The notes: a model not told the origin generated them from the letters alone. A stretch of 64,000 bases of DNA from Candidatus Omnitrophota bacterium (GCA_021108075.1 JAIORP010000171.1:4041-68040); one strand, 5' to 3'. Shown: positions 27,579-38,777, counted from the first letter of the stretch. Numbers and translations are program-made.

Positions 27579-28634
27579 TTAATTATCCAGCAGCTGTTTA
27601 AACTCCTCGATGTTCTTAACCTGGGACAGCGCATCTTCATAAGTGATGATACCTTTTTCATATAACATCTTTAAAGACATATCCATTGTATGCATACCGA
27701 ACTGAATACCTGTCTGTATCGAAGTTGGTATCTGTTCGACCGCTTTTTCACGAATTAAATTTCTAACCGCCATTGTTGCGACCAGGACCTCCGTCGCTAA
27801 AATTCGACCTTTTCCTTCAGCCCTTGGCAATAATGTCTGAGAAATAACGCCTGCCAGACAGGCAGACAATTGAAGACGGACTTGCTGTTGTTGGTAAGAC
27901 GGAAAAACATCGATAATACGCTCGATTGTTTGAGGAGCATCCGGTGTGTGCAAAGTCGCTAAGACCAGGTGACCTGTTTCAGCAGCGGTCAAAGCCGTCG
28001 AAATTGTTTCTAAGTCACGCATCTCCCCGACGACGATGCAGTCCGGATCCTGACGCAAACAACGTTTTAACGCTTCCGAAAAAGAGTTCGTATCCGTGTA
28101 AACTTCCCGCTGTTTGATAACAGACTTTTTATTCGCATGAACATATTCAATCGGGTCTTCAATGCTAATAATCATACACGCGCGTTCTTCATTGATTAAA
28201 TTGATCATCGACGCTAATGTTGTAGTTTTGCCAGAACCAGTTGGTCCTGTGATTAAAATAAGGCCATTGGGTTTACGGGCAAAATAACTGACTGCGGGAG
28301 GCAGACCTAATTCATCCATCGAAGGGACATAAAGAGGAATTCGTCGAAAAGCAGCTTCAACACAACCACGCTGCAAGTGAACATTAACACGAAAACGTTC
28401 CATGTCTTTAAGCGCTAAAGAAAAATCCAGTTCACGGTCCCTCTCAAATTTTTCTTTTAGTTCATCGGCGAGGATAGCGTAGATCCCCCGCTTCAATTGA
28501 TCACGCGTCAGTGCAGGAAAATTAACTTTGTGCAGTTTCCCATCGATACGTAATACCGGGGGGCTGTCTTCCGTTAAATGAAGATCCGAAGCTTGTTTCT
28601 CGATGGCAAGCCTTAAGAATTCTTTTAGGTCCAT
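27579..28634 (-). CDS. pilT: Type IV pilus retraction ATPase
   Basis: ASDLHL, GPTGSGKTTT, EDPIEY, LRQDPD..VGEMRD, AETGHLV..TLHT, AVRNLIRE. Confidence 0.93.
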   Translation of the reverse strand: MDLKEFLRLAIEKQASDLHLTEDSPPVLRIDGKLHKVNFPALTRDQLKRGIYAILADELKEKFERDRELDFSLALKDMERFRVNVHLQRGCVEAAFRRIPLYVPSMDELGLPPAVSYFARKPNGLILITGPTGSGKTTTLASMINLINEERACMIISIEDPIEYVHANKKSVIKQREVYTDTNSFSEALKRCLRQDPDCIVVGEMRDLETISTALTAAETGHLVLATLHTPDAPQTIERIIDVFPSYQQQQVRLQLSACLAGVISQTLLPRAEGKGRILATEVLVATMAVRNLIREKAVEQIPTSIQTGIQFGMHTMDMSLKMLYEKGIITYEDALSQVKNIEEFKQLLDN

Positions 28635-28673
28635 TTTGATCTCCTAAATTTTAAAGGATTAAGAGATGTCTTA

Positions 28674-29852
28674 TTATTTTTGTTGACTGACCCAATCAGA
28701 AATTCGATTGATACCTTCTTGAATTCTTTCAGCTGATGTGGCGAAGCTTAACCGCATGAACCCGGGAGCGCCAAATCCCTCTCCTGGAATAATTGCCACA
28801 TACTTTTGATCAATGATTTCTTTAGCAATCGCAAAGGATTCGCCAAGCTTTGAGAAGTCAGCAAACAGATAAAAAGCACCCTGAGGCATAATATAGCTTA
28901 TCTCAGGAATATTATCAATAGCTGATGTGATTATTTGCCGTCTTTCTTTAAAAATATCGCGCATCTCTTTAACTTTTGACTCTGGTTCTTTTAATGCTTG
29001 AAGAGCAGCATGTTGGCTAATGGATGAAGGGCACGAAGTCGAATGATCTTGAAGTTTCTTGATGTAACCTATAATTTCTTCAGATCCAGCACAATATCCA
29101 ATTCGCCATCCTGTCATGGAATAAGCTTTCGAAATCCCATTAACAGTGATCGTTAAATCGTAGATATCTTTTCCTAATGAAGCGATAGAAGTGTAGGTAT
29201 CCGTATCATAAATAAGCTTTTCATAAATCTCATCACTAATAATGTAAATCCCGTTTTTAACGCATATTTCAGCAAGAGGAGCTAATTCTTCTTTTGTATA
29301 CAGCATTCCAGTCGGATTAGAGGGCGAATTAAGAATAAGGATTTTTGTCTTTTCCGATATATTTTTTTCTAATAAGTCTGCGGTCAACTTGAATTCAGTG
29401 TCAGGGCCGGTCTGTACGATTTTCGATGCCCCCCCGGCAATTTTGACCATTTCAGGATAACTTACCCAGTATGGCGCAGGGATAATAACCTCTTCACCCT
29501 CGTCGACAAGAACCTGGATAATACTAAAAAGAGAATGTTTAGCCCCACAAGAAACAGCAACTTGAGACGGTTTATAGTCCAGCCCATTATCCTCTTTAAA
29601 CTTTTTGACAATCTGTTCTCTTAAGGCCGGCATTCCAATGCTGGGGGTATATTTTGTCTGCCCATTGTTCATGGCTTCGACAGCTGCCTGCTTAATGGTA
29701 TCCGGAGTATCAAAATCCGGTTCGCCCGCCGCAAAATTAACAACATCTTTACCTTGGGCCTTCAGTTCTTTAGCTCTCGCTGTGATCGCTAATGTTGATG
29801 ATCCGAGGACAGATTTGATTCTTCTATTGATAGATAAGGATTTCATATTCAT
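28674..29852 (-). CDS. aspC: PLP-dependent class I aminotransferase (aspartate aminotransferase-like)
   Basis: GEPDF, NSPSNPTG, SDEIY, SKAYSMTGWRIG. Confidence 0.9.
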   Translation of the reverse strand: MNMKSLSINRRIKSVLGSSTLAITARAKELKAQGKDVVNFAAGEPDFDTPDTIKQAAVEAMNNGQTKYTPSIGMPALREQIVKKFKEDNGLDYKPSQVAVSCGAKHSLFSIIQVLVDEGEEVIIPAPYWVSYPEMVKIAGGASKIVQTGPDTEFKLTADLLEKNISEKTKILILNSPSNPTGMLYTKEELAPLAEICVKNGIYIISDEIYEKLIYDTDTYTSIASLGKDIYDLTITVNGISKAYSMTGWRIGYCAGSEEIIGYIKKLQDHSTSCPSSISQHAALQALKEPESKVKEMRDIFKERRQIITSAIDNIPEISYIMPQGAFYLFADFSKLGESFAIAKEIIDQKYVAIIPGEGFGAPGFMRLSFATSAERIQEGINRISDWVSQQK

Positions 29853-29884
29853 TGCACCAGTGAAATTGATAAATTAACAAAAAT

Positions 29885-30496
29885 TTATTCGCTATCTTTG
29901 GACTTCCGGTTAAACATCTTTCTTAAACCACCAACGAATTTATTCTTCTTTTTGTCTTGAGATTTATCCTGTTTCGGAGCAGGTTTATCTTTGGCGCTGC
30001 TGCCTTCCACATCCGCTTTGTCTGCCTTCGTTTTTTTCGGCACTGTTTTCTTCTTCGTTTCAGGCGATGCGTCTGCTTTTGCGCCTTTTGTGACTTTCGC
30101 TCCTTTTTTCGCTGACTTTTGTTTACTGATAATAATCTTTTCTTTCTCAGTCAGTTCAAGAAAAACCAGGTCAGCATTATCACCTTTCCGCGGGCCAACA
30201 GGGATGAGCCGGGTATATCCGCCAGCACGTTTATTGAAACGGGGAGCTATCTTCTCAAACAACCGACTGACTAATTTATGATCACACAAAACAGCAAAGG
30301 CACGTCTTTTATCCGCTAAAGTCGCCTTCTTGCCAAGAGTAATCAATTGATCGACGAGTTTACGGGCTTCTTTCGCCTTAACTTTTGTCGTCGTAATACG
30401 CTCATTGATTAATACCGCCTTCGCAATATCCCGAACGGTCGCTTTACGATGACTTGTTTTTCTATTTAAAGTATTTCCGGAGATTCGATGTCGCAT
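29885..30496 (-). CDS. rplQ: 50S ribosomal protein L17 with long basic C-terminal extension
   Basis: MRHR, ITTT..KAKE, RAGGYTR. Confidence 0.97.
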   Translation of the reverse strand: MRHRISGNTLNRKTSHRKATVRDIAKAVLINERITTTKVKAKEARKLVDQLITLGKKATLADKRRAFAVLCDHKLVSRLFEKIAPRFNKRAGGYTRLIPVGPRKGDNADLVFLELTEKEKIIISKQKSAKKGAKVTKGAKADASPETKKKTVPKKTKADKADVEGSSAKDKPAPKQDKSQDKKKNKFVGGLRKMFNRKSKDSE

Positions 30497-30497
30497 T

Positions 30498-31487
30498 TTA
30501 ATCCTTTTTCCTTAACTTTTTCATATCGACTTTCATACCAAGATTTAAACCCATAACCTTGAGGATATCATTGATTTCCGTCAATGATTTCTTTCCAAAA
30601 TTACGGAAAGTCAACAAATCTGCTTCGGTCTTGCGAACCAATTCACCAATCGTTTTAATATTAGAATCTTTTAAACAATTCGCGCTTCGAACAGATAATT
30701 CTAATTCTGAAATAGGCAGACGAAATTTCTCATAGAGGGCTTGTTCTTCTGCGGATATCTCTTCTTCTTCTTCTTCCTCTTCAGGTAATTGTCCATAGCT
30801 GACAAAAACATCCAGGTGGCGTTGCAAAATATTCGCGCCATACAATAACGCCTCTTTAGGATTAACTCCTCCGTTGGTCCAAATTTCAAGAATAAGCTTG
30901 TCATAATCCGTTTTTTGACCGACGCGGGTGTCTTCGACTAAATAATTGATCTTTGTGATTGGGGTAAAAACTGAGTCAATGGGAATCGAATCGATAACAT
31001 TATCTTTTTTATTGATTTCCGCCGTCACATATCCTCTTCCCCGGGAAACTTCCATCTCCATGTGAAATTTTGTATCACGGGACAATGTTGCGACATGCAT
31101 GTCCGGATTCAATATTTCAATCGTTTCATCACAAATAATATCCGCGGCCCTGATCTCACCCTTTTTATCTGTCTTAACATAAATAACCTTCGGCACTTTG
31201 GAATGCGAGCGTATAACCAACTTCTTAATATTCAATATGATCTCCAAAATCGACTCAACCACACCGGGAATTGTTGAATATTCATGACGGATGCCATCAA
31301 GCTTAATTGATGTTACCGCACTACCTTCAATAGATGAAAGTAAAATTCTTCGCAACGAATTTCCTAAAGTGACACCATATCCTCGTTCAAAAGGCTCTGC
31401 TACAAATTTGCCGTATTTATCTGTATAAGTTGCTTCATCACATTCTAGCCTTTTAGGCATCTGAAAATCACGCCACTTAACTCCCAT
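30498..31487 (-). CDS. rpoA: RNA polymerase alpha subunit
   Basis: [22 protein letters not shown]; [14 protein letters not shown]. Confidence 0.98.
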   Translation of the reverse strand: MGVKWRDFQMPKRLECDEATYTDKYGKFVAEPFERGYGVTLGNSLRRILLSSIEGSAVTSIKLDGIRHEYSTIPGVVESILEIILNIKKLVIRSHSKVPKVIYVKTDKKGEIRAADIICDETIEILNPDMHVATLSRDTKFHMEMEVSRGRGYVTAEINKKDNVIDSIPIDSVFTPITKINYLVEDTRVGQKTDYDKLILEIWTNGGVNPKEALLYGANILQRHLDVFVSYGQLPEEEEEEEEISAEEQALYEKFRLPISELELSVRSANCLKDSNIKTIGELVRKTEADLLTFRNFGKKSLTEINDILKVMGLNLGMKVDMKKLRKKD

Positions 31488-31563
31488 GTCTTCCTCCTAA
31501 TTCATTCTTTGTTTACCAAGTTCATTACTTGGTCAAGCGCTTAAAAAAAAGCGATTAATTGCA

Positions 31564-32175
31564 TTATTTCGAATAAAGCTCGACGATTAACTGTTCGTTG
31601 ATAGGGAATTGCACATCGTCTCTTTCCGGCAATTTCACAACTTTCCCCGCATGTTTTTTCTCATCAACCATCAGCCACTCCGGAACACCACGATCATTAG
31701 TTTGTTCAATGTTCGTATTGATCAACTTCTTTGTTTTCTCTTTGATTTTGAGTTCGATCTCATCACCTAATTCAACCTGAAATGATGGGATATTAACTCT
31801 ACGGCCATTAACTTTCACTAATCCATGTGACACAATTTGCCGGGCCTGGGGGCGGGTTGTCGCAAAACCTAAACGGAATATGACGTTATCTAAACGTCTT
31901 TCCAGGAACTGTAACAAGACTGAACCAGTAACTCCCTGCTTTCTTGCCGCCTTTTCATAATAACGCCTGAATTGCTTTTCTAAAATTCCATATAATCTTT
32001 TAACTTTTTGCTTTTCTCTCAACTGAATTCCGTAATCAGAAAGTTTGGATCTTTTCAATACCCCATGTTGTCCTGGCGGGTATCTCCTTACGGTCTGAGC
32101 GCATTTCTTGCAAAAACAAATGCTTTCACCTTCTCGTCTACATAAGCGACATCTCGGCCCTCGGTATCTTGCCAT
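31564..32175 (-). CDS. rpsD: 30S ribosomal protein S4
   Basis: MARYRGP, PGQHG, LERRLDN, ELYSK. Confidence 0.97.
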   Translation of the reverse strand: MARYRGPRCRLCRREGESICFCKKCAQTVRRYPPGQHGVLKRSKLSDYGIQLREKQKVKRLYGILEKQFRRYYEKAARKQGVTGSVLLQFLERRLDNVIFRLGFATTRPQARQIVSHGLVKVNGRRVNIPSFQVELGDEIELKIKEKTKKLINTNIEQTNDRGVPEWLMVDEKKHAGKVVKLPERDDVQFPINEQLIVELYSK

Positions 32176-32204
32176 TGCTTCTAACCCTTTCTGTAATTTT
32201 TATT

Positions 32205-32606
32205 TTAAACTCTACGCTTCTTACGTGGCCGGCAGCCATTATGAGGAAGTGGTGTGACATCCCTTATAGATGTTATCGCTAACCCATTGGCTTGAAGACC
32301 CCGTATAGCAGATTCTCTACCTGACCCTGGTCCGTTTACAAAAACATCAAGACTTTTTAAACCTAAATCTTTTGCTTTTTTAGCAGCATCAGCTGCAGCA
32401 ACTTGAGCGGCAAATGGCGTTGATTTTTTTGAACCATTAAAGCCAACAACCCCTGGAGTCGACCATACAATGACATTGCCATTAAGGTCTGTAATCGTAA
32501 TGATCGTATTATTAAATGTCGCTCGAATATAAGCAGATCCAGAAGTTATCCCCTTTAATGCTTTCTTCTTTGCTTTCTCACGTTTTCTAGTTGATCGTTT
32601 TGCCAT
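32205..32606 (-). CDS. rpsK: 30S ribosomal protein S11
   Basis: [20 protein letters not shown]. Confidence 0.98.
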   Translation of the reverse strand: MAKRSTRKREKAKKKALKGITSGSAYIRATFNNTIITITDLNGNVIVWSTPGVVGFNGSKKSTPFAAQVAAADAAKKAKDLGLKSLDVFVNGPGSGRESAIRGLQANGLAITSIRDVTPLPHNGCRPRKKRRV

Positions 32607-32631
32607 ACTTTACCCCGTTAATTATTAACTG

Positions 32632-33009
32632 TTAAGATCTTTTCTTAGACTTCGCTCCGATGGATGGCTTGCGGCCTTTTCGGGTACGCGAATTCGTCTT
32701 TGTTCTTTGTCCTCGAGTCGGCAACCCTTTGCGGTGCCGTAACCCTCGGAAGCATTGAATCTCAATGAGTCGTTTAATATTTTGATTAACTTCCCGACGC
32801 AAATCCCCTTCTGTAAGATACTTGCTTTGAACAATCGCGGTTATTCGTGCAATTTCTTCATCGGATAAATCTTTCGACCGACGATGGGGCTCAATATTTG
32901 CTTCTTTAAGAATATCTAAAGCATTATTTTTCCCTATGCCATATATGTATGGCAATGCAGCGTCGATCCTCTTCTCTCTAGGAATATCTGTACCTAATAT
33001 TCTTGGCAT
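32632..33009 (-). CDS. rpsM: 30S ribosomal protein S13
   Basis: [20 protein letters not shown]. Confidence 0.98.
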   Translation of the reverse strand: MPRILGTDIPREKRIDAALPYIYGIGKNNALDILKEANIEPHRRSKDLSDEEIARITAIVQSKYLTEGDLRREVNQNIKRLIEIQCFRGLRHRKGLPTRGQRTKTNSRTRKGRKPSIGAKSKKRS

Positions 33010-33013
33010 ACCT

Positions 33014-33127
33014 CTACCCTTGTCTTTGTTTGTGTTTTGGATTTGTACAAATCACACGCACGACACCCTTACGGCGCACAATTTTGCAGTTGCTACAAAT
33101 TCTTTTAACTGATGACTTTACTTTCAT
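33014..33127 (-). CDS. rpmJ: 50S ribosomal protein L36 (Zn-binding type)
   Basis: Manual translation: [37 protein letters not shown]. Confidence 0.97.
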   Translation of the reverse strand: MKVKSSVKRICSNCKIVRRKGVVRVICTNPKHKQRQG

Positions 33128-33129
33128 TT

Positions 33130-33348
33130 TTATTTGTTCCTGTACGTTATTCTACCTTTACTTAAATCATACGGCGATAGTTCTAGTTTGACTTTATCAC
33201 CTGGTAAAATTTTTATAAAATTCATTCGTATTTTTCCAGAGATGTGGGCTAAGACAATATGACCGGTTTCTAACTCAACACGAAACTTAGCGTTTGGCAA
33301 GGCCTCTTTTATTATACCTTCAACTTCAATGAGATCTTCTTTTGCCAT
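33130..33348 (-). CDS. infA: Translation initiation factor IF-1
   Basis: [20 protein letters not shown]. Confidence 0.98.
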   Translation of the reverse strand: MAKEDLIEVEGIIKEALPNAKFRVELETGHIVLAHISGKIRMNFIKILPGDKVKLELSPYDLSKGRITYRNK

Positions 33349-33357
33349 ACCTTCATC

Positions 33358-34119
33358 CTATCTTACTGTTAAAATTTTCGGCCCTTTTTCTGTAACTGCT
33401 ATCATATGTTCAAAATGAGCAGATGCTTTCCCATCTTCCGTGACAACGGTCCATCCATCATCTAATATCTTTGTTTTCCAGTCCCCGACATTAACCATGG
33501 GCTCGACACAAAAAACCATTCCAGGTTTTAAAATAGGCCCCTGGTGTGGCGGGCCAAAGTTTGGAATTTCAGGCTCTTCATGAAGAAAACGACCGATTCC
33601 GTGTCCGACAAAGTCTCGAACGACAGAAAAACCATGATCTTCGGCATACGATTGCACAGCATGAGAAATATCCGAGAGATGGTTCCCTGCTGACACTTGT
33701 TCAATGCCTCGCATCAAAGCTTTCTCTGTAACAATTAATAACCTTTGAAGTTCTTCTGAAATTGAACCTATCCCAACACTATAAGCCATATCAGCATAAT
33801 AATCTTTATAGATAATTCCTAAATCTAAACTTAAAATATCACCGGACTGAACGGCTTTATCCTTAGGTATGCCATGAACCACTTCTTCATTGATCGAAGT
33901 GCACACACAAGCCGGATAACCCCGATAACCTTTAAAAGCAGGTTTGACTTGATTCTTTTTTATAAGTCCCTCAGCGACTTGATCAAGTTCAATTGTCGTT
34001 ATTCCAATTTTTAAAGAGCATTTTAATTCTTCAAATATATCAAATAAAATCTTTCCCGCGTCACGTAAGATATTAAGGTCGTCATCGGTTTTTATACCAA
34101 TCGAAGTTCTTTTATTCAT
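33358..34119 (-). CDS. map: Methionine aminopeptidase
   Basis: SINEEVVHGIP, GHGIG, EPM, SAHFEH. Confidence 0.96.
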   Translation of the reverse strand: MNKRTSIGIKTDDDLNILRDAGKILFDIFEELKCSLKIGITTIELDQVAEGLIKKNQVKPAFKGYRGYPACVCTSINEEVVHGIPKDKAVQSGDILSLDLGIIYKDYYADMAYSVGIGSISEELQRLLIVTEKALMRGIEQVSAGNHLSDISHAVQSYAEDHGFSVVRDFVGHGIGRFLHEEPEIPNFGPPHQGPILKPGMVFCVEPMVNVGDWKTKILDDGWTVVTEDGKASAHFEHMIAVTEKGPKILTVR

Positions 34120-34759
34120 TCAAAAAACTCAACGTTGTCTCTAGAACAACACTCGCTTCAGTATCCGCGTTAACTTTTTTTAATTTCCCCTGCTTTTCGT
34201 AATACGTTATGATGGGCCGTGTACTTGTTGTATAAACTTCCATGCGGGTTTTAATCGTCTCTTCATTATCATCCGCACGCTGATACAGACTATTGGCGCA
34301 TTTATCGCAAACACCCTCTTTTTGCGGAGGCTTATTCTTTACATGGTATAGTTCACCGCAATTCTTGCAAAGCCGGCGTCCGGTTAATCTTTCAATAATA
34401 ATTTCAATCGAAGCATCCAAACAAATGACACGGTCAATGGACTGATCCAATTTATTCAGAATCTCGTTCAAATCTTCAGCTTGTTTTTGAGTGCGCGGAA
34501 ATCCGTCCAGTAAATATCCTTTTGAATAAATCTCAGGCGTTGAAATACGAGACTCGATCAGTCGAGTAACCAATTCATCCGGCACCAATTCACCCCCGTC
34601 AACATACTTCCTGGCTTCAAGCCCTAATGGGGTGTTGGCCTTCATTTCAGCACGTAAAATATCGCCAGTCGATATATGATTAAGACCTAACTGGTCCTTT
34701 AAAGCTACCGCTAAAGTTCCTTTTCCAACGCCTGGAGGTCCCAATAAAACTAATTTCAT
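34112..34759 (-). CDS. adk: Adenylate kinase (Zn-lid type)
   Basis: GPPGVGKGT, LDGFPR, CxxC...CxxC lid. Confidence 0.97.
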   Translation of the reverse strand: MKLVLLGPPGVGKGTLAVALKDQLGLNHISTGDILRAEMKANTPLGLEARKYVDGGELVPDELVTRLIESRISTPEIYSKGYLLDGFPRTQKQAEDLNEILNKLDQSIDRVICLDASIEIIIERLTGRRLCKNCGELYHVKNKPPQKEGVCDKCANSLYQRADDNEETIKTRMEVYTTSTRPIITYYEKQGKLKKVNADTEASVVLETTLSFLNE

Positions 34760-36099
34760 CTGCGTCCTTTCATTTGGCCTGAGCGCATAAATCCATCATA
34801 ATGACGCATAAGCAAATGCGATTCTATTTGTTTCATCGTATCCAACATAACACCGACAACGATAAGGATACCTGTACCGCCGAAGAAAGAAGCGACAACA
34901 TAGGGCACCTTAAAGGATGCCATTATCGCATCGGGCATAACCGCAATAACGCAAATGAAGACTGCTCCTGCTAATGTAATGCGCGTCATGACAAAATCTA
35001 AATAATCAGCAGTTTGATTACCGGGCCGGACACCGGGAATAAACCCGCCGTGCTTTTTCATATTGTCGGCATATTCAATCGGATTAAAAACGATCGCTGT
35101 ATAAAAGTAGCAAAAGAAAACAATAAGCAGGCTATAAATCATGTAATAAACAAAGCTTCCTCGCTGCATATAACTGGCCATGGATTGCACGGTTTGATTC
35201 GGAATGAAGCTGGCAATTGTCGCAGGAAATAAAATAATGGACTGCGCAAAAATAATAGCAATAACTCCGGCCGTGTCAACTTTCAACGGAAGATACGTAC
35301 TCGCACCGCCCATGATTTTCCGCCCGACAATGCGCCGGGCATACTGTACCGGTATTTTCCTCTGAGCTTGTGTAACGAGGATGATACAAATAATAACTCC
35401 AAATAGAAAACCAACCATGATGATTAAAGTTAGCGGCTGCAATTGAGCTTTTCCACCGCTGCCTGTTAGGAGAAGTCTCAATGTTCGGACCGCTGAAGGT
35501 GCCCGCGAAAGAATACTCGCAGCAATAATCAAAGAGATCCCATTGCCTATTCCTCTCTCCTGGATCTGTTCGCCCAACCACATCAACAACATTGTTCCGG
35601 CACATAACGTAAAAACAGTCGTTATTCTAAACCCCCAACCCGGATGATTGACAATCTGCAACCCCTGGAACGATTGAGGACTTTCTAACCACAAAGAGAT
35701 AAAAAATGATTGAAGCGCGGCTAAAGCAAGCGTCGCATAACGCGTGTATTGATTAATCTTCTGAACACCCGCCTGGCCTTCTTTTTGCAGTTTCTCCAGA
35801 GCGGGAATAACAGCCGTTAGCAGTTGCATAATAATCGAACTGGAAATATACGGCATAATCCCTAAAGAGAAGACGGTTAATTTCTCAAGCGCACCACCGG
35901 AAAACATACTCATAATGTCAAGAATGCTTCCGTCAGTTGCCGATTTCATCTTTTCAAAAAACTCCGCTAACATAGAGCCATTAACGCCTGGTGTCGGGAT
36001 ATAACAACCGACTCGATAAGCAAAAATAATACCTAAGGTGAAAAAAATTTTTTTCTTTAAATCGGGAATCTTAAAAACATTTAAAAAGGAGGATATCAT
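34756..36099 (-). CDS. secY: Preprotein translocase SecY
   Basis: LGIMPYISSSII, GIGNGIS, IPGVRPG, GGTGILIVVGV. Confidence 0.98.
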   Translation of the reverse strand: MISSFLNVFKIPDLKKKIFFTLGIIFAYRVGCYIPTPGVNGSMLAEFFEKMKSATDGSILDIMSMFSGGALEKLTVFSLGIMPYISSSIIMQLLTAVIPALEKLQKEGQAGVQKINQYTRYATLALAALQSFFISLWLESPQSFQGLQIVNHPGWGFRITTVFTLCAGTMLLMWLGEQIQERGIGNGISLIIAASILSRAPSAVRTLRLLLTGSGGKAQLQPLTLIIMVGFLFGVIICIILVTQAQRKIPVQYARRIVGRKIMGGASTYLPLKVDTAGVIAIIFAQSIILFPATIASFIPNQTVQSMASYMQRGSFVYYMIYSLLIVFFCYFYTAIVFNPIEYADNMKKHGGFIPGVRPGNQTADYLDFVMTRITLAGAVFICVIAVMPDAIMASFKVPYVVASFFGGTGILIVVGVMLDTMKQIESHLLMRHYDGFMRSGQMKGRR

Positions 36100-36114
36100 A
36101 TTTATTTTTAATCT

Positions 36115-36576
36115 TTATTTTTTAACTTGTTTTTTCTGATGTGTTTCAATCTTCCCACCAGCTTTAATTATTTTTTCTTGCGCCACCTTTGAAACGCGGC
36201 CTTCTTTTATTGTGAGGGACTTTGTAATCTCACCATCGTTAAGAATTTTGAATGGTTTATTTTTGCTGTTGATCAGTCCGGCAGTTTTTAATAATTCAGT
36301 TGTTATTTCTGTGCCGTTATCAAACCTCTCCAGTGATTTTAAATGAACAACCTGGCTTAAGATAGGGCGATGACTGCGAAAACCAACTTTAGGTAAGCGC
36401 CGGATAAGTGGCATTTGACCACCTTCAGATGAACGAACAATCCCGCTGCCACATCTTGAACCCTGACCGTTTTCGCCACGGCCGGAAGTCTTCCCTAGAC
36501 CAGAACCTCTTCCTCGACCAACTCTTTTTTTCCCTTTTCTTGATCCTTCCGGGGATCTCAACTCATGCAAATACAT
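36115..36576 (-). CDS. rplO: 50S ribosomal protein L15
   Basis: GRG.GSG.GKTSGRG, EGGQMPL.RRLPK. Confidence 0.97.
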   Translation of the reverse strand: MYLHELRSPEGSRKGKKRVGRGRGSGLGKTSGRGENGQGSRCGSGIVRSSEGGQMPLIRRLPKVGFRSHRPILSQVVHLKSLERFDNGTEITTELLKTAGLINSKNKPFKILNDGEITKSLTIKEGRVSKVAQEKIIKAGGKIETHQKKQVKK

Positions 36577-36593
36577 TTTTCATCTTCCTTCAA

Positions 36594-37226
36594 TTAAAAT
36601 GATTTTAAACGGTTTAAGCCATCAATCGTTGCTTTAACAACATTTATAGGATTGTTTGAACGATGGCATTTTGTAAGAATATTATGAATACCCACACCGT
36701 CACAAATAGCACGAACCGGACCAGAGGCTATAACACCCGTTCCGTCGGAAGCAGGTTTCAATAACACTTCTGAACCGCCGCAACGACCGATAATTTCATG
36801 AGGAATCGTAGTCCCTTTCAATCGAACAGGTATCATATTCTTCTTGGCCGTTGCCATTGCCTTACGAATCGCTGTGGCAACTTCACTGGCCTTGCACAAG
36901 GCATAACCCACTTTCCCATTCATGTCACCAACAACAACTAAAGCGCGGAAGGATAATTTCTTACCCCCCTTGGTTACCTTCGTAATACGATTGATCGCCA
37001 AAACTTTTTCAACCATACCAGAATCTTCTTCACTTCGTCTTCCGGATTTCGCATACCCCTGTCCAGCAGGTCGACCTTGTCTCCTTCTGGGATCTTGATC
37101 TTTAGAACTTGCCTGGGAGGTGGTACCCTGTCTTTGAGCAACTGGTTTTTCAGTTTTTGCTTGAACCGGTGCTTGCGCTTCAGGTTTTTTTTGTTCTGCG
37201 TTGTTCTCTTCCATCGGTTTGTTCAT
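36594..37226 (-). CDS. rpsE: 30S ribosomal protein S5 with long N-terminal extension
   Basis: [20 protein letters not shown]. Confidence 0.97.
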   Translation of the reverse strand: MNKPMEENNAEQKKPEAQAPVQAKTEKPVAQRQGTTSQASSKDQDPRRRQGRPAGQGYAKSGRRSEEDSGMVEKVLAINRITKVTKGGKKLSFRALVVVGDMNGKVGYALCKASEVATAIRKAMATAKKNMIPVRLKGTTIPHEIIGRCGGSEVLLKPASDGTGVIASGPVRAICDGVGIHNILTKCHRSNNPINVVKATIDGLNRLKSF

Positions 37227-37231
37227 AATCC

Positions 37232-37600
37232 TTAAAACTCCATTCCGCCTTTTCGAGCAGCTTCAGCAAAAGCTTTAACACGACCGTGGTAAGAATACCC
37301 ACCCCGGTCAAAACAAGCTTGTTTCAGGCCTTTCTCCCGGGCTAATGAAGAAAAATGTTCGCCCAGCGCAGAAGCGGCTTCTTTATTGCTGCCATTCTTA
37401 AGTTTTTCCCGAACTGCTTTCGTTTTTGTTGAGACGCCAAATATGATTTTACCATTTACATCGTCAATAACTTGAGCATAAAAATTTTTTAAGCTCCGAT
37501 GAACACAAATACGAGGCCGCGCCTCTGTTCCAGATACTGTTTTGCGAACTCGTTTATGACGATTGATTCTTTTAAGTTCTTTATCGTGTGTTTTGCTCAT
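37232..37600 (-). CDS. rplR: 50S ribosomal protein L18
   Basis: RPR..V.RS, FDRGGY.YHGRV. Confidence 0.97.
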   Translation of the reverse strand: MSKTHDKELKRINRHKRVRKTVSGTEARPRICVHRSLKNFYAQVIDDVNGKIIFGVSTKTKAVREKLKNGSNKEAASALGEHFSSLAREKGLKQACFDRGGYSYHGRVKAFAEAARKGGMEF

Positions 37601-37605
37601 AATAT

Positions 37606-38145
37606 CTACTTCGTTACAGATTTACCTTGTTTTCTCCTGACATACTCCCCGACGTAACGAATGCCCTTTCCTTTGTATGGCTCTACAGGTTTTAATGCGC
37701 GAATTTTTGCGGCTACCTGGCCGACTAAACCCTTGTCAAACCCTTCAATAATGATAGATGTTTGGCTTGGCACCGTTACCTTGATTTCTTTGGGAAGATT
37801 GAATTCAACCGGATGACTTAGCCCTAAATTGAAGTGAATTTTATCACCTTTCAACTCAGCACGAAATCCGACACCCTGAATTTCTAAATCTTTTTTATGT
37901 CCTCTGGTCACACCGACCAACATGTTCGCTAATAACGCCCTAATTGTTCCATGATTCGCACGTTGCTGCTTAATATCTTTTGTGCGGGTAACAATCAACT
38001 GATTATCATTTTGCTCGACTTTGATACCAAAAGGTATGGCTAAATCCATCTTTCCTTTTGGACCTTCAATGTGAACATTATCCGTAGCAACATTCACTTT
38101 TGCATCTTTGGGAACATCAATTGGAGCTTTTCCTATTCTTGACAT
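37606..38145 (-). CDS. rplF: 50S ribosomal protein L6
   Basis: MSRIGK, EPYKGKGIRY. Confidence 0.98.
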   Translation of the reverse strand: MSRIGKAPIDVPKDAKVNVATDNVHIEGPKGKMDLAIPFGIKVEQNDNQLIVTRTKDIKQQRANHGTIRALLANMLVGVTRGHKKDLEIQGVGFRAELKGDKIHFNLGLSHPVEFNLPKEIKVTVPSQTSIIIEGFDKGLVGQVAAKIRALKPVEPYKGKGIRYVGEYVRRKQGKSVTK

Positions 38146-38151
38146 ATTTAC

Positions 38152-38547
38152 CTACCAAATGTAACACATGACTTCTCCGCCCAAGTTGTTTTTGCGCGCG
38201 TCTCGATCCGACATGATCCCTTTAGAGGTCGAAATGATTGCTGTGCCTAAACCACTTAAAACACGAGGAAGTTCTTCTTTTTTCGAATAAACTCTTAAAC
38301 CTGGTTTTGAAATACGTTTGATCCCGATAATTCCCGGTTTCTTATTTTCATATTTCAAATAAATCTTGAACTTTCCCTGAACATCGTTTTTCATCAATCG
38401 AAAATCTTCGATGTAACCGTCTTCCTTGAAAATATCCAGGATCTTACTGCAAACGTTTGACGCAGGAGCATCGACAGTCTCTTTGCTGACTCGGACACCA
38501 TTGCGTATAATAGTTAACAAATTACTAATCGGGTCATTTAATGACAT
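38152..38547 (-). CDS. rpsH: 30S ribosomal protein S8
   Basis: DPI..LLT.IRN, SKPGLRVY, STSKG. Confidence 0.98.
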   Translation of the reverse strand: MSLNDPISNLLTIIRNGVRVSKETVDAPASNVCSKILDIFKEDGYIEDFRLMKNDVQGKFKIYLKYENKKPGIIGIKRISKPGLRVYSKKEELPRVLSGLGTAIISTSKGIMSDRDARKNNLGGEVMCYIW

Positions 38548-38581
38548 ATTTTTCTCCTCAAGAAACTCAAAACAAAGGTCA

Positions 38582-38767
38582 TTACCAACTTGCCTTTTTT
38601 ACCCCGGGTATTTCACCCCTCCAGGCTAGCTCTCTAAAACAAATACGACACATTCCAAAACGACGTAAATATCCTTTTGGTCTTCCACAAATACGACAAC
38701 GGTTATGTTGTCTCGTCGAAAACTTTGGTTTTCGAAATGCTTTGATTACCAATCCTTTTTTTGCCAT
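38582..38767 (-). CDS. rpsN: 30S ribosomal protein S14, type Z (Zn-binding)
   Basis: RCRICGRP...CRICFRE...KASW; 61 aa from ATG 38767. Confidence 0.97.
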   Translation of the reverse strand: MAKKGLVIKAFRKPKFSTRQHNRCRICGRPKGYLRRFGMCRICFRELAWRGEIPGVKKASW

Positions 38768-38777
38768 AACTCTCTCT

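Noticed and set aside
30758-30784. (GAA)n run in rpoA as a phase-variable repeat
   Set aside because: An in-frame trinucleotide run encoding the acidic NTD-CTD linker.
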